NCBI GenBank assembly: GCA_031411295.1
Contig: JANOAV010000038.1
Location: 50,918 to 114,917 of the forward strand
Source of the DNA: Verrucomicrobiales bacterium
GTDB lineage: Bacteria; Verrucomicrobiota; Verrucomicrobiia; Verrucomicrobiales; V1-33
Length of the DNA: 64,000 bases
Direction of reading: 5' to 3'
Of this stretch, positions 20,057 through 30,507 are shown in pieces. The position numbers were made by a program, and so were the translations under genes. Position 1 is the stretch's first letter. Each line of letters starts with the position of its first letter. Under the pieces are notes generated by a model. It searched no databases. It saw only the letters and a program-made list of their open reading frames with translations, and was not told the origin of the DNA.

Positions 20057-21513
20057 ATGTTCCCTCCGCTCCGAAACGGTTCTCTCCTGACCAACTGCCT
20101 GCTCGTGCTGAGCGGAGCGGTGCTGGGGTCAGTGGGCACCCTCGTGCTGTGGAAGCAGTTCGGCAGCACCCCATCCCTTTCCACTGCGGCCGTATCCGCA
20201 GAGGAATCCAAAAAGTCGCCACCCCGGAACTCGGCGCTTCACCGCCGGGGTGGCGATCCTTTGATCAAGGAGGAGCAAATTTTAGCCGCAAACGATCCTC
20301 GGCACAAGTCGGATGATTTGCGAAATCTCGGGCAGGAAGTGGCCGATCAAGACTTGGCCCAAGCCATCGCCATGGCAGATGCGTTGAAGAACGAGGATGA
20401 CCGCCTGAGCTTTTATCGGGGCATCATGACCGCCTGGGCCGCGCGCGATCCCCTGGCCGCCGCTGCCTATGCGAAGGCCAATTTCCACCCCGGCAGCCTG
20501 CAAAGCGAGTCGCTCAGCATCGTGTTAGGGAAATGGGGGGCGCCGATCCCCAAGCCGCCTACCTCTGGGCGGAAAATAATCTATCCGGGCCGGTCAAAGA
20601 CGAGAGCATTAACTCGCTGGTGCAGAACTGGGCGCTAACCGCCCCGCAGGCCGCCGCCAAATGGTATGAAGCCACCGGCAACACCAATCACGGGCTGCTC
20701 AACTCGCTCGCAGGAGCTTGGGCCAGCAATGATCCCGTAGCCGCCGCCAAGTGGGTTGAGAAACTGCCTGATCCCAAGAATCGGGAAATTGGTCAAGTAG
20801 CCGTCGCTGGACGCTGGGCTGCGCAGAATCCAGAGGACGCCGCCGCCCACTACACCCCGGTCATTGCCGCCGCCAAGACCTCGGGCGACAAGAGTTCCAC
20901 CGCCATCAACCTCGCCACCGTTCTCAGCGATATCTGGGGCACCACCAACCCCAGCGCAGCCGCCGACTGGGTGCAGAAGCTCCCCAACGGACCAGGCCGG
21001 GAAGAAGCCGCCAGCACCCTGGCCACCGTCTGGGCCGCGCAAGATATTCAGGCCGCCCTGAAATGGAGCGAAACGCTGGACGCAGGTGTGCGCAGCCAAG
21101 TGGTCGAACATTTGGCCACCACCTGGGGAGCCATCGAGCCCGACAAAGCCGTCGCTTGGGTGCAAACTCAGCCGGTCAATTTCCAAAAAGATGCCGCCGC
21201 CGGAGCCTATAATTCATGGGCCGGCACGGATCCCGTGGGCCTCCAGGATTGGATCGACCACGATTCCGCCGGCCCTTACAGCGACACCGCCCGCCACAGC
21301 CTGGCCGATGTTTACAACGACACCAATCCCACCCAGGCCATCAACTTGGTCCTCGGCCTCAAAGACGCCAACACCCAGGCCGACGTCATCGGTCGCTACT
21401 TCCGCAAATGGCGCAGCACCGACAACGCCGCCGCTCAAGACTGGCTCCAAACCGAATGGCCCACCCTGCCCACCGGAGTGCAACGGAAGCTAGCTGAAGA
21501 GCAGAAACGCTAA
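20057..21513 (+). CDS. Helical W-x-x-x-D/N-P repeat protein, paralog-like to 8680..10071; frameshift in the G6 run at 20535-20540
   Basis: ORFs 20039..20638 and 20533..21513 join as ...LGKWGGADPQAAYLW if the run is G7. Confidence 0.85.
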
Positions 21514-21627
21514 AGCAGTCAACCTGACCAGCGCACCGCTGCACCATGAGCTGGAGTCCCGCCTAGGCTGAACAACACGAAAAGCGCTACAGGCCAGGAC
21601 GCTGAGCATGATCCTTCGCCTGAAGGC

Positions 21628-23035
21628 TCAGACATCCTGACCTGGCCGGAAAATCGATGATCTGATGGTTTGAAAAACGAGGGTTAGGTCCGTGCCTGGG
21701 TAGGTGGTTTCGGTCTCGTTGAGTTCGGCGCACAGGTGCTCCACCACAGTGTCGTGCATGGGGTTGGTTTGGCCGTGGAGTTCTACGATAAGCTGCTTTT
21801 GCTTTGGCTCAGAGCGCAGGTTGATGGTGGTTCTAAAGAGTCCCCGCACGAAGCTCCTGGCGTCGTCGTGGCGCTGGAGTTTCTCCCGCGCTAACTGCAC
21901 GAGGCTGCTCTCGGCTCGGTAGGCGATGAGTTTGATGCTGTCCATGAACTGTTTTCGCGCTGGGGCTAGTTGCTCCACTTTTTGCCCCGCTGGCAGCTCG
22001 GCTAGGGTGATGTGATGGGAGGGGTGAGTAGCCTTCCCGGTCGAAGACGAGGGTGAAGCGGTGCAGGTGGGGTTGGGCGCTGAGTTGCTCGTCACTGGGT
22101 TGGCCGGGCAGCTCCATGAGGAGGCGTGGGACGATGTCGTGCTCGAGGGTCTGTTGCAGGCCGGGGTCGATGGGTTTGGTCACGCAAAACAAGGGCGCTC
22201 CGTCCAGCGCGTTGACCCAGTAGTCGGTGGTGGCGCGCAAACATAGGCGCTCGCGGCTGATGTAGCGCCGGGGCAACTCGGCGAGCGCTCCATGATAGAC
22301 GCGGGTGTGACCGTCGATGAGCAGGGTGCCTATGCTTTGGCTCTCGTCTCGGCCCATCCAAGCCTGAGCTAAGCACGCAGCCCAGCGTGCGGTGCGCTCG
22401 GGCGAGTCGGCCAGCAGGCCAATCTTGTGACGCAAGGTTCGCACCTCTGGGATGCGATCCATGCCAATGAGCTTGCCCCACTCCCCCGGCGGTTGGTAGC
22501 GCAACTGCTCGAGGCTCGACACACGCGCCAGCGCCAGCAAGGCGAGTAGCAAGAAGATGCAATCCATCTGATAGTAGCCCTTGGGCAGGCTAAAGCCCAC
22601 CTCCTGCTGATGCCGCAGCAAGCCAAAAGCCAGCAGAGCAGGCAGGGCACAAATAGTGCCGCCATTGGCGATGTCGTGAGCGGCTTCAAACTCAAGCGGT
22701 GCACCATCAAGCAAGCCCAAAGCCGCAGCCATGCGCTCACACTCACGCGTTGTAGCAATGCCGAAGAGCGCCTCACCATCAGCCACACTGGGCTCACTGG
22801 CGCTAGTCGCGCTGCTCGGAGCCATGACCTCTACAGCAACCTCCCGAGGGGCCGATGAAGCTGGCGCTAGCGCAGCGGAGGCGACAGGCTTTTTTTAAAT
22901 CGCCCAGCAGTGATGGCCTTGTGCAGCGTCGTTTGCAGCACACCCATGGCCGCGCTGATCTCTGGCACCGCAGCGCCATCATCGAGCATCCCCTGAGCTT
23001 GGAGGATGCGTTCAGGCGTGAGCTTGTGCCCTTTG
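21628..23035 (-). pseudogene. Fragmented DDE transposase
   Basis: HTH remnant (KGHKLTPERILQAQGMLDDG..FKK), an A7 slippery site, a core with LIDGHTRVY..TTDYWVN..LVFDREGYSP, then an abrupt out-of-frame jump to the C-terminal piece (..KLIAYRAES..LNETETTYPGTDL). Confidence 0.8.
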
Positions 23036-23071
23036 ACAGGTTGTCACTACGTCCGCAGGTCAGGATGTCTG
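21629..23071 (-). mobile_element. Internally deleted insertion sequence with 16-bp perfect TIRs and 5-bp TSD (AGGCT)
   Basis: TIRs cagacatcctgacctg (21629-21644) and caggtcaggatgtctg (23056-23071); AGGCT at 21624-21628 and 23072-23076; transposase fragments lie inside. Confidence 0.88.
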
Positions 23072-23111
23072 AGGCTAGACCAGATTCCTCACCACCTGAA
23101 CCAACGCAGTG

Positions 23112-23771
23112 CTACACAAACAGCGCGCGCAACTGCGGCAGGGTAATTTCCTCCAGCGTCTGCACCTTCAAATGAGCCGTGAGAAAGGATTCCAGCGGAT
23201 GAGTGGTGCCCACGGCAATGGCTTTGGCTCCGGCGGCCAAAGCGGCGGCAATCCCCACGTGGGCGTCCTCGAAGACCACGCATTCAGATGCGGGGCGGCC
23301 GATCTTCTCCGCCGCCTTGAGGAATACTTGGGGATCCGGCTTGCCCCGCGTGACATCCCGTTCGGCGGTGATGGCTGCGAAGTAGGGAGCCAGTCCCGTC
23401 ATTTCCATAATGGTTAAAATATTCTCCAGCGACGTGGATGAACCCACCGAGCACGGGATTCCATCCGCCTTGAGGGCCTCCAGTAAGGTGATGACACCGG
23501 GCAACGGTTCGATTCCATCCCGCCGGAGCACCTCGCGATAAAGGGCTTCCTTGCGGTCTCCCAGTTGGGAAATTTTCTCCGTCTCCCCGGCCTTGGCCCA
23601 GGACGTGAATTCGGGAATGATCTTGTCATTTCTCATGCCGAACGTGGCCTTGAAGAAGCCGTCCGGCAACGGTTGGTCCAACTCATCCGCCATGAGATCC
23701 CACGCGATTTCATGCGCGTGATGCGAATCGATAATAACCCCGTCCCAATCAAATATGGCTCCTGTAAACAT
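23112..23771 (-). CDS. HAD-family phosphatase (beta-phosphoglucomutase-like)
   Basis: IFDWDGVIIDS, GKPDPQVF and VFEDAHVG motifs. Confidence 0.9.
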   Translation of the reverse strand: MFTGAIFDWDGVIIDSHHAHEIAWDLMADELDQPLPDGFFKATFGMRNDKIIPEFTSWAKAGETEKISQLGDRKEALYREVLRRDGIEPLPGVITLLEALKADGIPCSVGSSTSLENILTIMEMTGLAPYFAAITAERDVTRGKPDPQVFLKAAEKIGRPASECVVFEDAHVGIAAALAAGAKAIAVGTTHPLESFLTAHLKVQTLEEITLPQLRALFV

Positions 23772-23872
23772 AGCGTCCATCCTTCCGATACTGTAGCCAG
23801 TTTGCAAGGAAAGTGCTGACACCGTGGGCGGATTTTCTGCGGGAGCATAAAATATTGTTTGCACATTGTCAG

Positions 23873-23895
23873 GTGTTCCAGTATTACTGGCACAC
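23873..23895. promoter_or_regulatory. Palindromic operator, probable YtrA-subfamily GntR site
   Basis: gtgttccagta-t-tactggcacac (11-bp arms, one mismatch), 14 bp before the GntR ATG. Confidence 0.7.
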
Positions 23896-23909
23896 AACGA
23901 ACACATAGC

Positions 23910-24293
23910 ATGTTACCCTTCCAAATCAAAATCGTCGATGGCGTGCCTCCTTCGGACCAATTGGTCCTGGCGGTGCGGCGGGCGATTCTTACGGGGTTCC
24001 TACGGGATGGTCAGGAGTTTCCTTCAGTGCGCACGATCAGCCAGGAACTGCAACTCTCCCCCACCACGGTGCATAAGGCCATCGGGCAACTGCGGGAATC
24101 CGGTTTGTTGGCCTCGCGCCCGGGCGTGGGGATGGTGGTGCGCACGGACGCGATGCCTAGCAATGCGGATCGTCTGCTGCTGCTGAAGCCTGCGATGGAG
24201 GCCTTGGTGCGGGAAGCCGTGGCGCTGCATTTGCCGCCGGAGGAAGTCGCCAAGGCCGTGGAGAAAGCCATCACCAAGGCGCGCAAAATTTAA
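23910..24293 (+). CDS. GntR (YtrA-subfamily) transcriptional regulator
   Basis: FPSVRTISQEL..SPTTVHKA..L...G..PGVG wHTH with a short C-terminus, followed by an ABC ATPase gene. Confidence 0.92.
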   Translation: MLPFQIKIVDGVPPSDQLVLAVRRAILTGFLRDGQEFPSVRTISQELQLSPTTVHKAIGQLRESGLLASRPGVGMVVRTDAMPSNADRLLLLKPAMEALVREAVALHLPPEEVAKAVEKAITKARKI

Positions 24294-24326
24294 CTGCTTT
24301 CATTATCATCTCAACTCCAGCACCCC

Positions 24327-25274
24327 ATGTCAGACGATCCCATCCGCTTTGAAAATGTGACCAAAAAGTATGGTCGCAAAATTGCTCTGTCCGATCTCAC
24401 TTGGAGCGTGCCGCAGGGAAACATCACTGCGCTGCTGGGACCCAATGGAGCCGGTAAGACCACTGCGATCAAGCTCATGGTGGGGCTGCATGATCCGGAT
24501 CAAGGGAATGTCCATTTGCTGGGGCGCAATACCCGTAAACTTCGCACCAAGGAATTCGCGCAGTTGGGTTACGTCAGCGAGAATCAGAAGCTGCCAGATT
24601 GGATGACCGTAACGCAGTTTCTCGACTACTGCCGTCCGCTGTATCCCACGTGGGATAAGGATTTGGAGCGGCAGTTAGTGAAACAATTTGCCCTCCCGAT
24701 GCATCAGAAATTGAAGCAACTTTCACGCGGACAAGCGATGAAAGCTTCGCTGCTCTCCAGCATGTCTTACCGGCCACGAGTGTTGATTCTGGACGAACCC
24801 TTCAGCGGTCTGGATGCGCTGTCGCGCGATGAATTTATCGGTGGATTGCTGGAGTTGATGACGGGCGACGGTTGGACGGTTTGCATTTCCTCACACGACT
24901 TCTTCGAGGTGGAACGCTTGGCGGATCATCTCGCCATTCTGGATCAAGGAACGCTCCGCGTGGATGAGCCAGCCAGTCAGTTGCAGGAACGGATGAAGCG
25001 CATCGTCCTCAACTTACCAGCCCAGGAACCATTACCGGAGCACCTGCCGGTGACATGGCAGCGGGTCGAACGCAGTGGGGACTTGGTGCGCTTCGTGGAC
25101 ACGGCTTATGCTGCGGATGGCCATGGGGAACGTTTATCGGCACTGTTGCCGATGGCCCAGTTGATGGAAGTAAACGCGTTGAGTCTGCGGGAAATTTTCG
25201 TCTGCTTGTCGCTGCAGTTTCGCTGGGAACAAGCCACTGGCATCACTGCTGAAACCATCTCTGCCGCCTCATGA
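24327..25274 (+). CDS. ABC transporter ATP-binding protein
   Basis: Walker A GPNGAGKTT, signature LSRGQ, Walker B LILDEP. Confidence 0.95.
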   Translation: MSDDPIRFENVTKKYGRKIALSDLTWSVPQGNITALLGPNGAGKTTAIKLMVGLHDPDQGNVHLLGRNTRKLRTKEFAQLGYVSENQKLPDWMTVTQFLDYCRPLYPTWDKDLERQLVKQFALPMHQKLKQLSRGQAMKASLLSSMSYRPRVLILDEPFSGLDALSRDEFIGGLLELMTGDGWTVCISSHDFFEVERLADHLAILDQGTLRVDEPASQLQERMKRIVLNLPAQEPLPEHLPVTWQRVERSGDLVRFVDTAYAADGHGERLSALLPMAQLMEVNALSLREIFVCLSLQFRWEQATGITAETISAAS

Positions 25275-27247
25275 AACGCGCCCTCCATCTCCTGCGTCAT
25301 ACCGTGCGTCCTCTCGCGGGTTTCCTGTTGGCACACTGGATCTGCTGCTGGCTGGATTTCTTTTCTGCTGAAGATTGGAAAGAGCAGATGGCTAGCAACC
25401 GCACGAGTGTCCACCTCTCTCTGCTCACTGGCTGCGTCGTCGCGTGGATGGCAGGGTATGCCGTGCGATTCCGTCCGCGGGAATCGAGTTATTTTGTGCA
25501 GCCAGTTTCCTATGTTGAACGTCTGGGGATTCAGGTGGTTACGGTGTTGGTGATCGCCATCCTTGGGCCTTTGATGGTTCAGTGGATGGTGATTGGTGGG
25601 GCGGACGTAAGCGGCCTTTGGTGGCGGTTGCGTTACGCCCTGCACCATGGGTTAAAGGATTATCTGCTGGTGGGGACTTTTTTCATAACCGGTCTGCTGG
25701 GGCTTTCCTGGCTGCGGGCGCTCTTGTTGACAGGCATCAGTTATTGGTTGGCATATTCGTGCCTGTTGGTATTCGAGTTCCTCGACCTTAAGCGAGTGGA
25801 CATCCTTTTGCATTGGGGATTACTCTGGGGCCTTGGATTGGTGGGCTTTGCAGTCTGGAAACAACGCGTTGAGTTGACGGGATTTAGACTCTCGATCCTT
25901 GGTGCGCTCAGTGTGATTGGAATTTCGATGGCTCTTACGTATGGCGATCACCTTTGGCTCGATAAGCAAGTTAGCGCACTCGTGGAGGAAACCTTTGAGA
26001 AGTATCCTCAAGAAAATGCCTACACGATGCGAGTGGTTAGCTCTACTGAGGTGATTACGATTACAACGTCTGAGAAAGTTACCTCCGGTGTGCTCAAGTT
26101 GCTGCCGAAACGGGACCGGCTAATGTTTCCCGAAGGTGCGGTGCAGCAGCCCACATGGGCTTGGCGCAGTGGGACTGACCAACCTTGGTCCGCTACTGAT
26201 ACATCCGTTTTGGAGGCCAAACCATTTGATGATTTCTATCAACTCCGCTTAAATAACACCAGAAGTGAGCCCGTTCAACTCCAGGATGGCCAGATCAAGT
26301 TGAAAATGCTCGTGGAGTTTTCGCTTTTCACACACAAAACAGATTCGGAAACGGAGACGCAATACTATGCCAAGCGGATGGTGGAGGGGCCATGCCGCCG
26401 CGCAAGTCGCTGGTTAGACTTCGTCATCGATCATGTAACGATCACCCTTCCGGGCATTGCCCAAACGGGCCCAACTATGACCAAGAACGCTTTCAAATCA
26501 CGTTCTTGGAACGACGGGGTGAAGCTCCGTTTAGCCGCTGTTGACCCGAACCATCTTCCCGAAAATGTCATTGAACTGGCAGATTACGTCCAGCATCATT
26601 CCGCAGAAGAAATTGCGCCACTGGTAACCAAATGGCTGCCAGAGCTTTTGCAGTTGCTGGAAATGGAAGTCGGGATTGATCAAATCACGCCAGCAATAGA
26701 AAAAGCGGCAACTGAGGAGCACAAGGCGCAGATCATCGCCAAGGTTCCATTGGTGCCACAGTTGACTTCAGTGCTGCTTGCAAAGGGGTGGTTGATGGAG
26801 GCGAAACGTGAAGTTATTGCGAGCACGGAACTGATCCCTTCCCGATCCCCAGGGCTGCTAAAGGCGCTTATCGCGGCTGGTGACAAAGATTTCTATCCCT
26901 TGATTCATCGGATTCTGCTACAGGATGAACGCAGGCCGGATGGGGTCCCTGATCTGATCGCGTGGCCAGGCTTGCGGGATTACCTTTGGGAGCATCGATC
27001 GAAACGTTTTGAAATCCGTGAAGGACAGCGGATCTGGTCTTTGTTGCTCAAGTCTGGCTCCCTCCCAGCGCTGATCGAATGCCTGCGGCAACGGTCTTTC
27101 TGGGCGGGCGAGTTCCTGCGAGACGATCATTTGCAGCCGCTCCAGCTCGATAAGTCAACCATCGAGGAAATCCAAAAGCATCAGGATCGGCTGTCTTTTC
27201 ATCCTTCGCTGAAGATTTTCATCTATACCAAACCTGCAGTGCCATGA
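25271..27247 (+). CDS. Membrane protein (putative ABC permease) with large soluble C-terminal domain
   Basis: ATGA overlap with the ATPase gene; multiple hydrophobic segments in the first ~230 aa. Confidence 0.75.
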   Translation: MKRALHLLRHTVRPLAGFLLAHWICCWLDFFSAEDWKEQMASNRTSVHLSLLTGCVVAWMAGYAVRFRPRESSYFVQPVSYVERLGIQVVTVLVIAILGPLMVQWMVIGGADVSGLWWRLRYALHHGLKDYLLVGTFFITGLLGLSWLRALLLTGISYWLAYSCLLVFEFLDLKRVDILLHWGLLWGLGLVGFAVWKQRVELTGFRLSILGALSVIGISMALTYGDHLWLDKQVSALVEETFEKYPQENAYTMRVVSSTEVITITTSEKVTSGVLKLLPKRDRLMFPEGAVQQPTWAWRSGTDQPWSATDTSVLEAKPFDDFYQLRLNNTRSEPVQLQDGQIKLKMLVEFSLFTHKTDSETETQYYAKRMVEGPCRRASRWLDFVIDHVTITLPGIAQTGPTMTKNAFKSRSWNDGVKLRLAAVDPNHLPENVIELADYVQHHSAEEIAPLVTKWLPELLQLLEMEVGIDQITPAIEKAATEEHKAQIIAKVPLVPQLTSVLLAKGWLMEAKREVIASTELIPSRSPGLLKALIAAGDKDFYPLIHRILLQDERRPDGVPDLIAWPGLRDYLWEHRSKRFEIREGQRIWSLLLKSGSLPALIECLRQRSFWAGEFLRDDHLQPLQLDKSTIEEIQKHQDRLSFHPSLKIFIYTKPAVP

Positions 27248-29430
27248 ATTACATTCTCCATCAATTCCGCTGGACCCTCCGCCGGAGGTATCGTGAGATC
27301 ATTGGTTTGTGGCTGCTTTGGATGGGGCTATTACTCATGCCGCATCGGGCGGAACACATGGAGGATATGGTCTTGGCGCACGGGTTGTCGTTGATCGGTG
27401 TCATTGCAGTGTTGGGGGTATTGCTTGATACTCTGATGGATGCGCCCGCTATGGGCACGAGACAATTCTGGCGCACGCGTCCCGTCACTTGGGGGAAGAT
27501 GTTGGTAACGCAATTACTGCTGGTGCTCTTCCTGCTGTTGCCTGCGGTTGCGGTCTGGGGCTGGCAATGTTGGCGATTGGGAGCCGCGTCAGATTTCCTC
27601 CTAGGCACGCTCGCGATCTTAGTCATGGGTCTGGCAGGGGCGGTTTCAGTAGCCGCGGCGGCTAGTTTCGCCAAGGGGAGAGCGCAGTTCGTGTGGGTAG
27701 TGCCGCTCGCGGTGTGCCTGGGCTATGTTTGGTGGGTCGCGCTGTTGGATCATGGGCTGATTGCGCTTCCACTGGGTTTTGTGGTTTGCTGCTGTATTGT
27801 TGCGCCCGGGATGGAACGTGGGAAATGGATGCGCAGAGCCGGACTGGGATTGCTGGTTATCGTAGGGGTTTACTTTGCGAGGATGGAAGAAAATTGGGAG
27901 AGAACCCATGTGCTTGATGTTCAGTTGACCAAGCTTTCCCAACGCACCTTCGAGGAATCCGGTCTTTCATTGCGGGACGAGCAGCACCATTTGCGCGCCA
28001 CGCTGTCTCCGTCTGCCGACTACGTCGCCCCTACTGGTGTCGTGGTGCCGGTGGCGGAGCAGATCTCGGCAGTGCTTCCGTTGCCAGCAGACATCCCCTC
28101 AATTAAAGCGAAGTTGAATCTCCCCTCCGAGACCCGGTGGTATGAAGCCGCCTCTGGGCTTTCGCATGGTGAACTTCAGATCATGATGCCATCGGTTCCT
28201 TCGGTGTTCAAAGTCATCTCGCGCGAGCGCAGTCCCCTCAGGTTTGGAGAAACGACGCGTAGTGCAGGCGAACTCACTGCCTACTCGGCCATTCGAAACG
28301 ACGCAGAACAACTGGTAATCAGTGGCGAACAATGGCGCGCAGTCTGGGGGGATTTTACGGATGCGAAATATTTCCTCTACTCGGGTAAACGATCCTTGGT
28401 GCTCCCAGCGCGCGAGGAGACTAAAAGTTCTGCTTGGCTGCCGATTTGGATGGAGCGGATCAACACCACACTCACGATCTCGCTTCCTCCCGGGGAATTG
28501 CTCTCCGGCGGGCCGTGGAGAGATGATGAACTTTCAGGACTGGAAATCATTACGGTCAAGTCACGACCTTGCCTACCACCATTGCCGCTGGAGCAGACAC
28601 CAGCCGCCCGAGCCGAACAACTACAACAACTTGCACGAGCGATCGAACAGTTCGGGCCGTTAGCCGGGTTTTTCCCATCCAGAGCTTATGCGGATGACCA
28701 ACCTAGCTTCTGGAAGGTCTACGGGAAGGCAGGGACGAATGTCTTGATGCAAGCGATTCCCGTTCCGTATCAATTCTTCTACGACAGCCATGGCTGGCAG
28801 TTTAGCAGCTACTCAGACGAAGAACTTATAGCACAAGCTAGCCGAAGCCCAGAGTGGCTCGTAGCCGTCGGTTGGATCCGTGAGAAATTGCAATTGGGGG
28901 CAGTCGCACGTAGACTCCTAAATTCGGGAGCCAAACCCGATATCGCGTTACTGGCGTATGCCTTGCAGGGGGTTGCCGAAAGCGACTATCCGCTGATCCT
29001 ACAAACATTGGCCAACGTTTCCACTGTGGAATCTAAGCGGATCTACCAGAAAGAGCCCTGGCGCGAGCTAGTAAAGCTACCCGGATTGAACTATCAATCA
29101 TCCGTGGGAGCGTTGTGGAAACGCTTCGGTAACAGCAGTCCAACACCCGACTTCACCTTTGCGGCGGCCTTGAGCGGGGAGATGGAGGCGATGGATCTAC
29201 TGGTCCTCAGCCAGAGTTTTAATTTGTCCTCCTATCGAGTTGACATAAGTTCACACCCGAAAGCACCGCGAGCGTCCAAAGATCAATGGAAGCCGGATGA
29301 TGACCTGAGGCATCTACTGCCAGAAGCCCCGAAGCCATGGCAAGAGTTTTTCAAATGGTATGCCGACCACCGGGCGGCCCTAACGTGGGATGCGGCAGCG
29401 CGGGTTTATCGCCAGGCGGATGCAAGTTGA
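27244..29430 (+). CDS. Membrane protein (putative ABC permease) with large soluble C-terminal domain
   Basis: ATGA overlap; FWRTRPV motif and a TM-rich N-terminus. Confidence 0.78.
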   Translation: MNYILHQFRWTLRRRYREIIGLWLLWMGLLLMPHRAEHMEDMVLAHGLSLIGVIAVLGVLLDTLMDAPAMGTRQFWRTRPVTWGKMLVTQLLLVLFLLLPAVAVWGWQCWRLGAASDFLLGTLAILVMGLAGAVSVAAAASFAKGRAQFVWVVPLAVCLGYVWWVALLDHGLIALPLGFVVCCCIVAPGMERGKWMRRAGLGLLVIVGVYFARMEENWERTHVLDVQLTKLSQRTFEESGLSLRDEQHHLRATLSPSADYVAPTGVVVPVAEQISAVLPLPADIPSIKAKLNLPSETRWYEAASGLSHGELQIMMPSVPSVFKVISRERSPLRFGETTRSAGELTAYSAIRNDAEQLVISGEQWRAVWGDFTDAKYFLYSGKRSLVLPAREETKSSAWLPIWMERINTTLTISLPPGELLSGGPWRDDELSGLEIITVKSRPCLPPLPLEQTPAARAEQLQQLARAIEQFGPLAGFFPSRAYADDQPSFWKVYGKAGTNVLMQAIPVPYQFFYDSHGWQFSSYSDEELIAQASRSPEWLVAVGWIREKLQLGAVARRLLNSGAKPDIALLAYALQGVAESDYPLILQTLANVSTVESKRIYQKEPWRELVKLPGLNYQSSVGALWKRFGNSSPTPDFTFAAALSGEMEAMDLLVLSQSFNLSSYRVDISSHPKAPRASKDQWKPDDDLRHLLPEAPKPWQEFFKWYADHRAALTWDAAARVYRQADAS

Positions 29431-29477
29431 CCATGAGGCAAGGTTCCAAGTCCCTAAAGTTTCATTAGGGCAAAGCG

Positions 29478-30029
29478 CTATCGTGAGCGCTGGAGTGCCT
29501 CCCGGGGTGGAGCAATCGAGATGCTAACTTTTCCTGCGTTGGTCTTCCAAAGGAGCTTGGCTGCCCGGGCTTGATCGTCGATGGGACTGGGGGGAATGGC
29601 ATAGACGGAAATGCTGCCGGCCTCGCTGGTGGGGGTGATTTTCTGGGTGCCCGGGGAGATTTTAATCCATTCCTCGATCTCCGCGTCCCGAGCGGTAAAG
29701 ATCAGATTTAGCTGGTGGTCGGGCGTTTCATCCGGCTGGATGACGCGGATGTCAGTGGCGGATTTTGGCAGCGGATTCAGGCGGGCGAAGCTGCAGATTT
29801 TGGAGACTTCAGAAACCTGGGACGTGTCGCTGGAGCTGTCGGTCAGTAAATAAAACCCTCCTACCACTAACAAGAGAATCATCCCGATCAACTGCAGGAT
29901 CATTTTCCCGGTGACTCGTTCGGGCGGCCGCGGGGCGGGGCGACGCGGGGATAATTCCGCACCCAGCAACGCGGCGGGCGGATCATTGTCGGGTGGCTGG
30001 GGGCGACGACGCGGAGGAGGAATCGGCAT
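29478..30029 (-). CDS. Hypothetical single-TM protein
   Basis: 183-aa ORF with a Pro/Arg-rich N-terminus and one TM helix. Confidence 0.65.
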   Translation of the reverse strand: MPIPPPRRRPQPPDNDPPAALLGAELSPRRPAPRPPERVTGKMILQLIGMILLLVVGGFYLLTDSSSDTSQVSEVSKICSFARLNPLPKSATDIRVIQPDETPDHQLNLIFTARDAEIEEWIKISPGTQKITPTSEAGSISVYAIPPSPIDDQARAAKLLWKTNAGKVSISIAPPREALQRSR

Positions 30030-30040
30030 GGGTGGGAGAA

Positions 30041-30319
30041 TTAATTGATGATACTGAACCCTTGCACGCCACCCAGGGACGGGAGGCGGTGGACTTCCTT
30101 CTCTTTGATGTGGTGGGCCAGGTCGCTGTTCACTTCTAATTCTTCGAGGAAGTCCAATAATTCCGACTCCTCATTGGCAGCCACTTGCAGTTCCACGCGG
30201 CCATCCGGCAGATTCTTCACCCAACCCGTGACATCGAAGCCCAGGGCGAGGCGCTTGGTGGCATAGCGGAAGCCAACGCCTTGGACGCGGCCAGTGTAGA
30301 AAATTTGTCGTGCAGCCAT
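30041..30319 (-). CDS. acyP: Acylphosphatase
   Basis: [22 protein letters not shown] signature. Confidence 0.93.
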   Translation of the reverse strand: MAARQIFYTGRVQGVGFRYATKRLALGFDVTGWVKNLPDGRVELQVAANEESELLDFLEELEVNSDLAHHIKEKEVHRLPSLGGVQGFSIIN

Positions 30320-30507
30320 GGTGGTAGGTGGTTCGATGGGGTGGGGATCAGGAGTAGCGCGAATGAGGGGAATCTGCAAGTCCGCTGTGGGGTTTGGGGT
30401 GACACCCGAGCCCGGCAAAAATTTCCGTAAAATTGGTGATTGCTCATTTTCTAATCTCCCGCCATGAAAGTCCCTCTCATTGAGTTAATAACGAACCATT
30501 GCAAATT

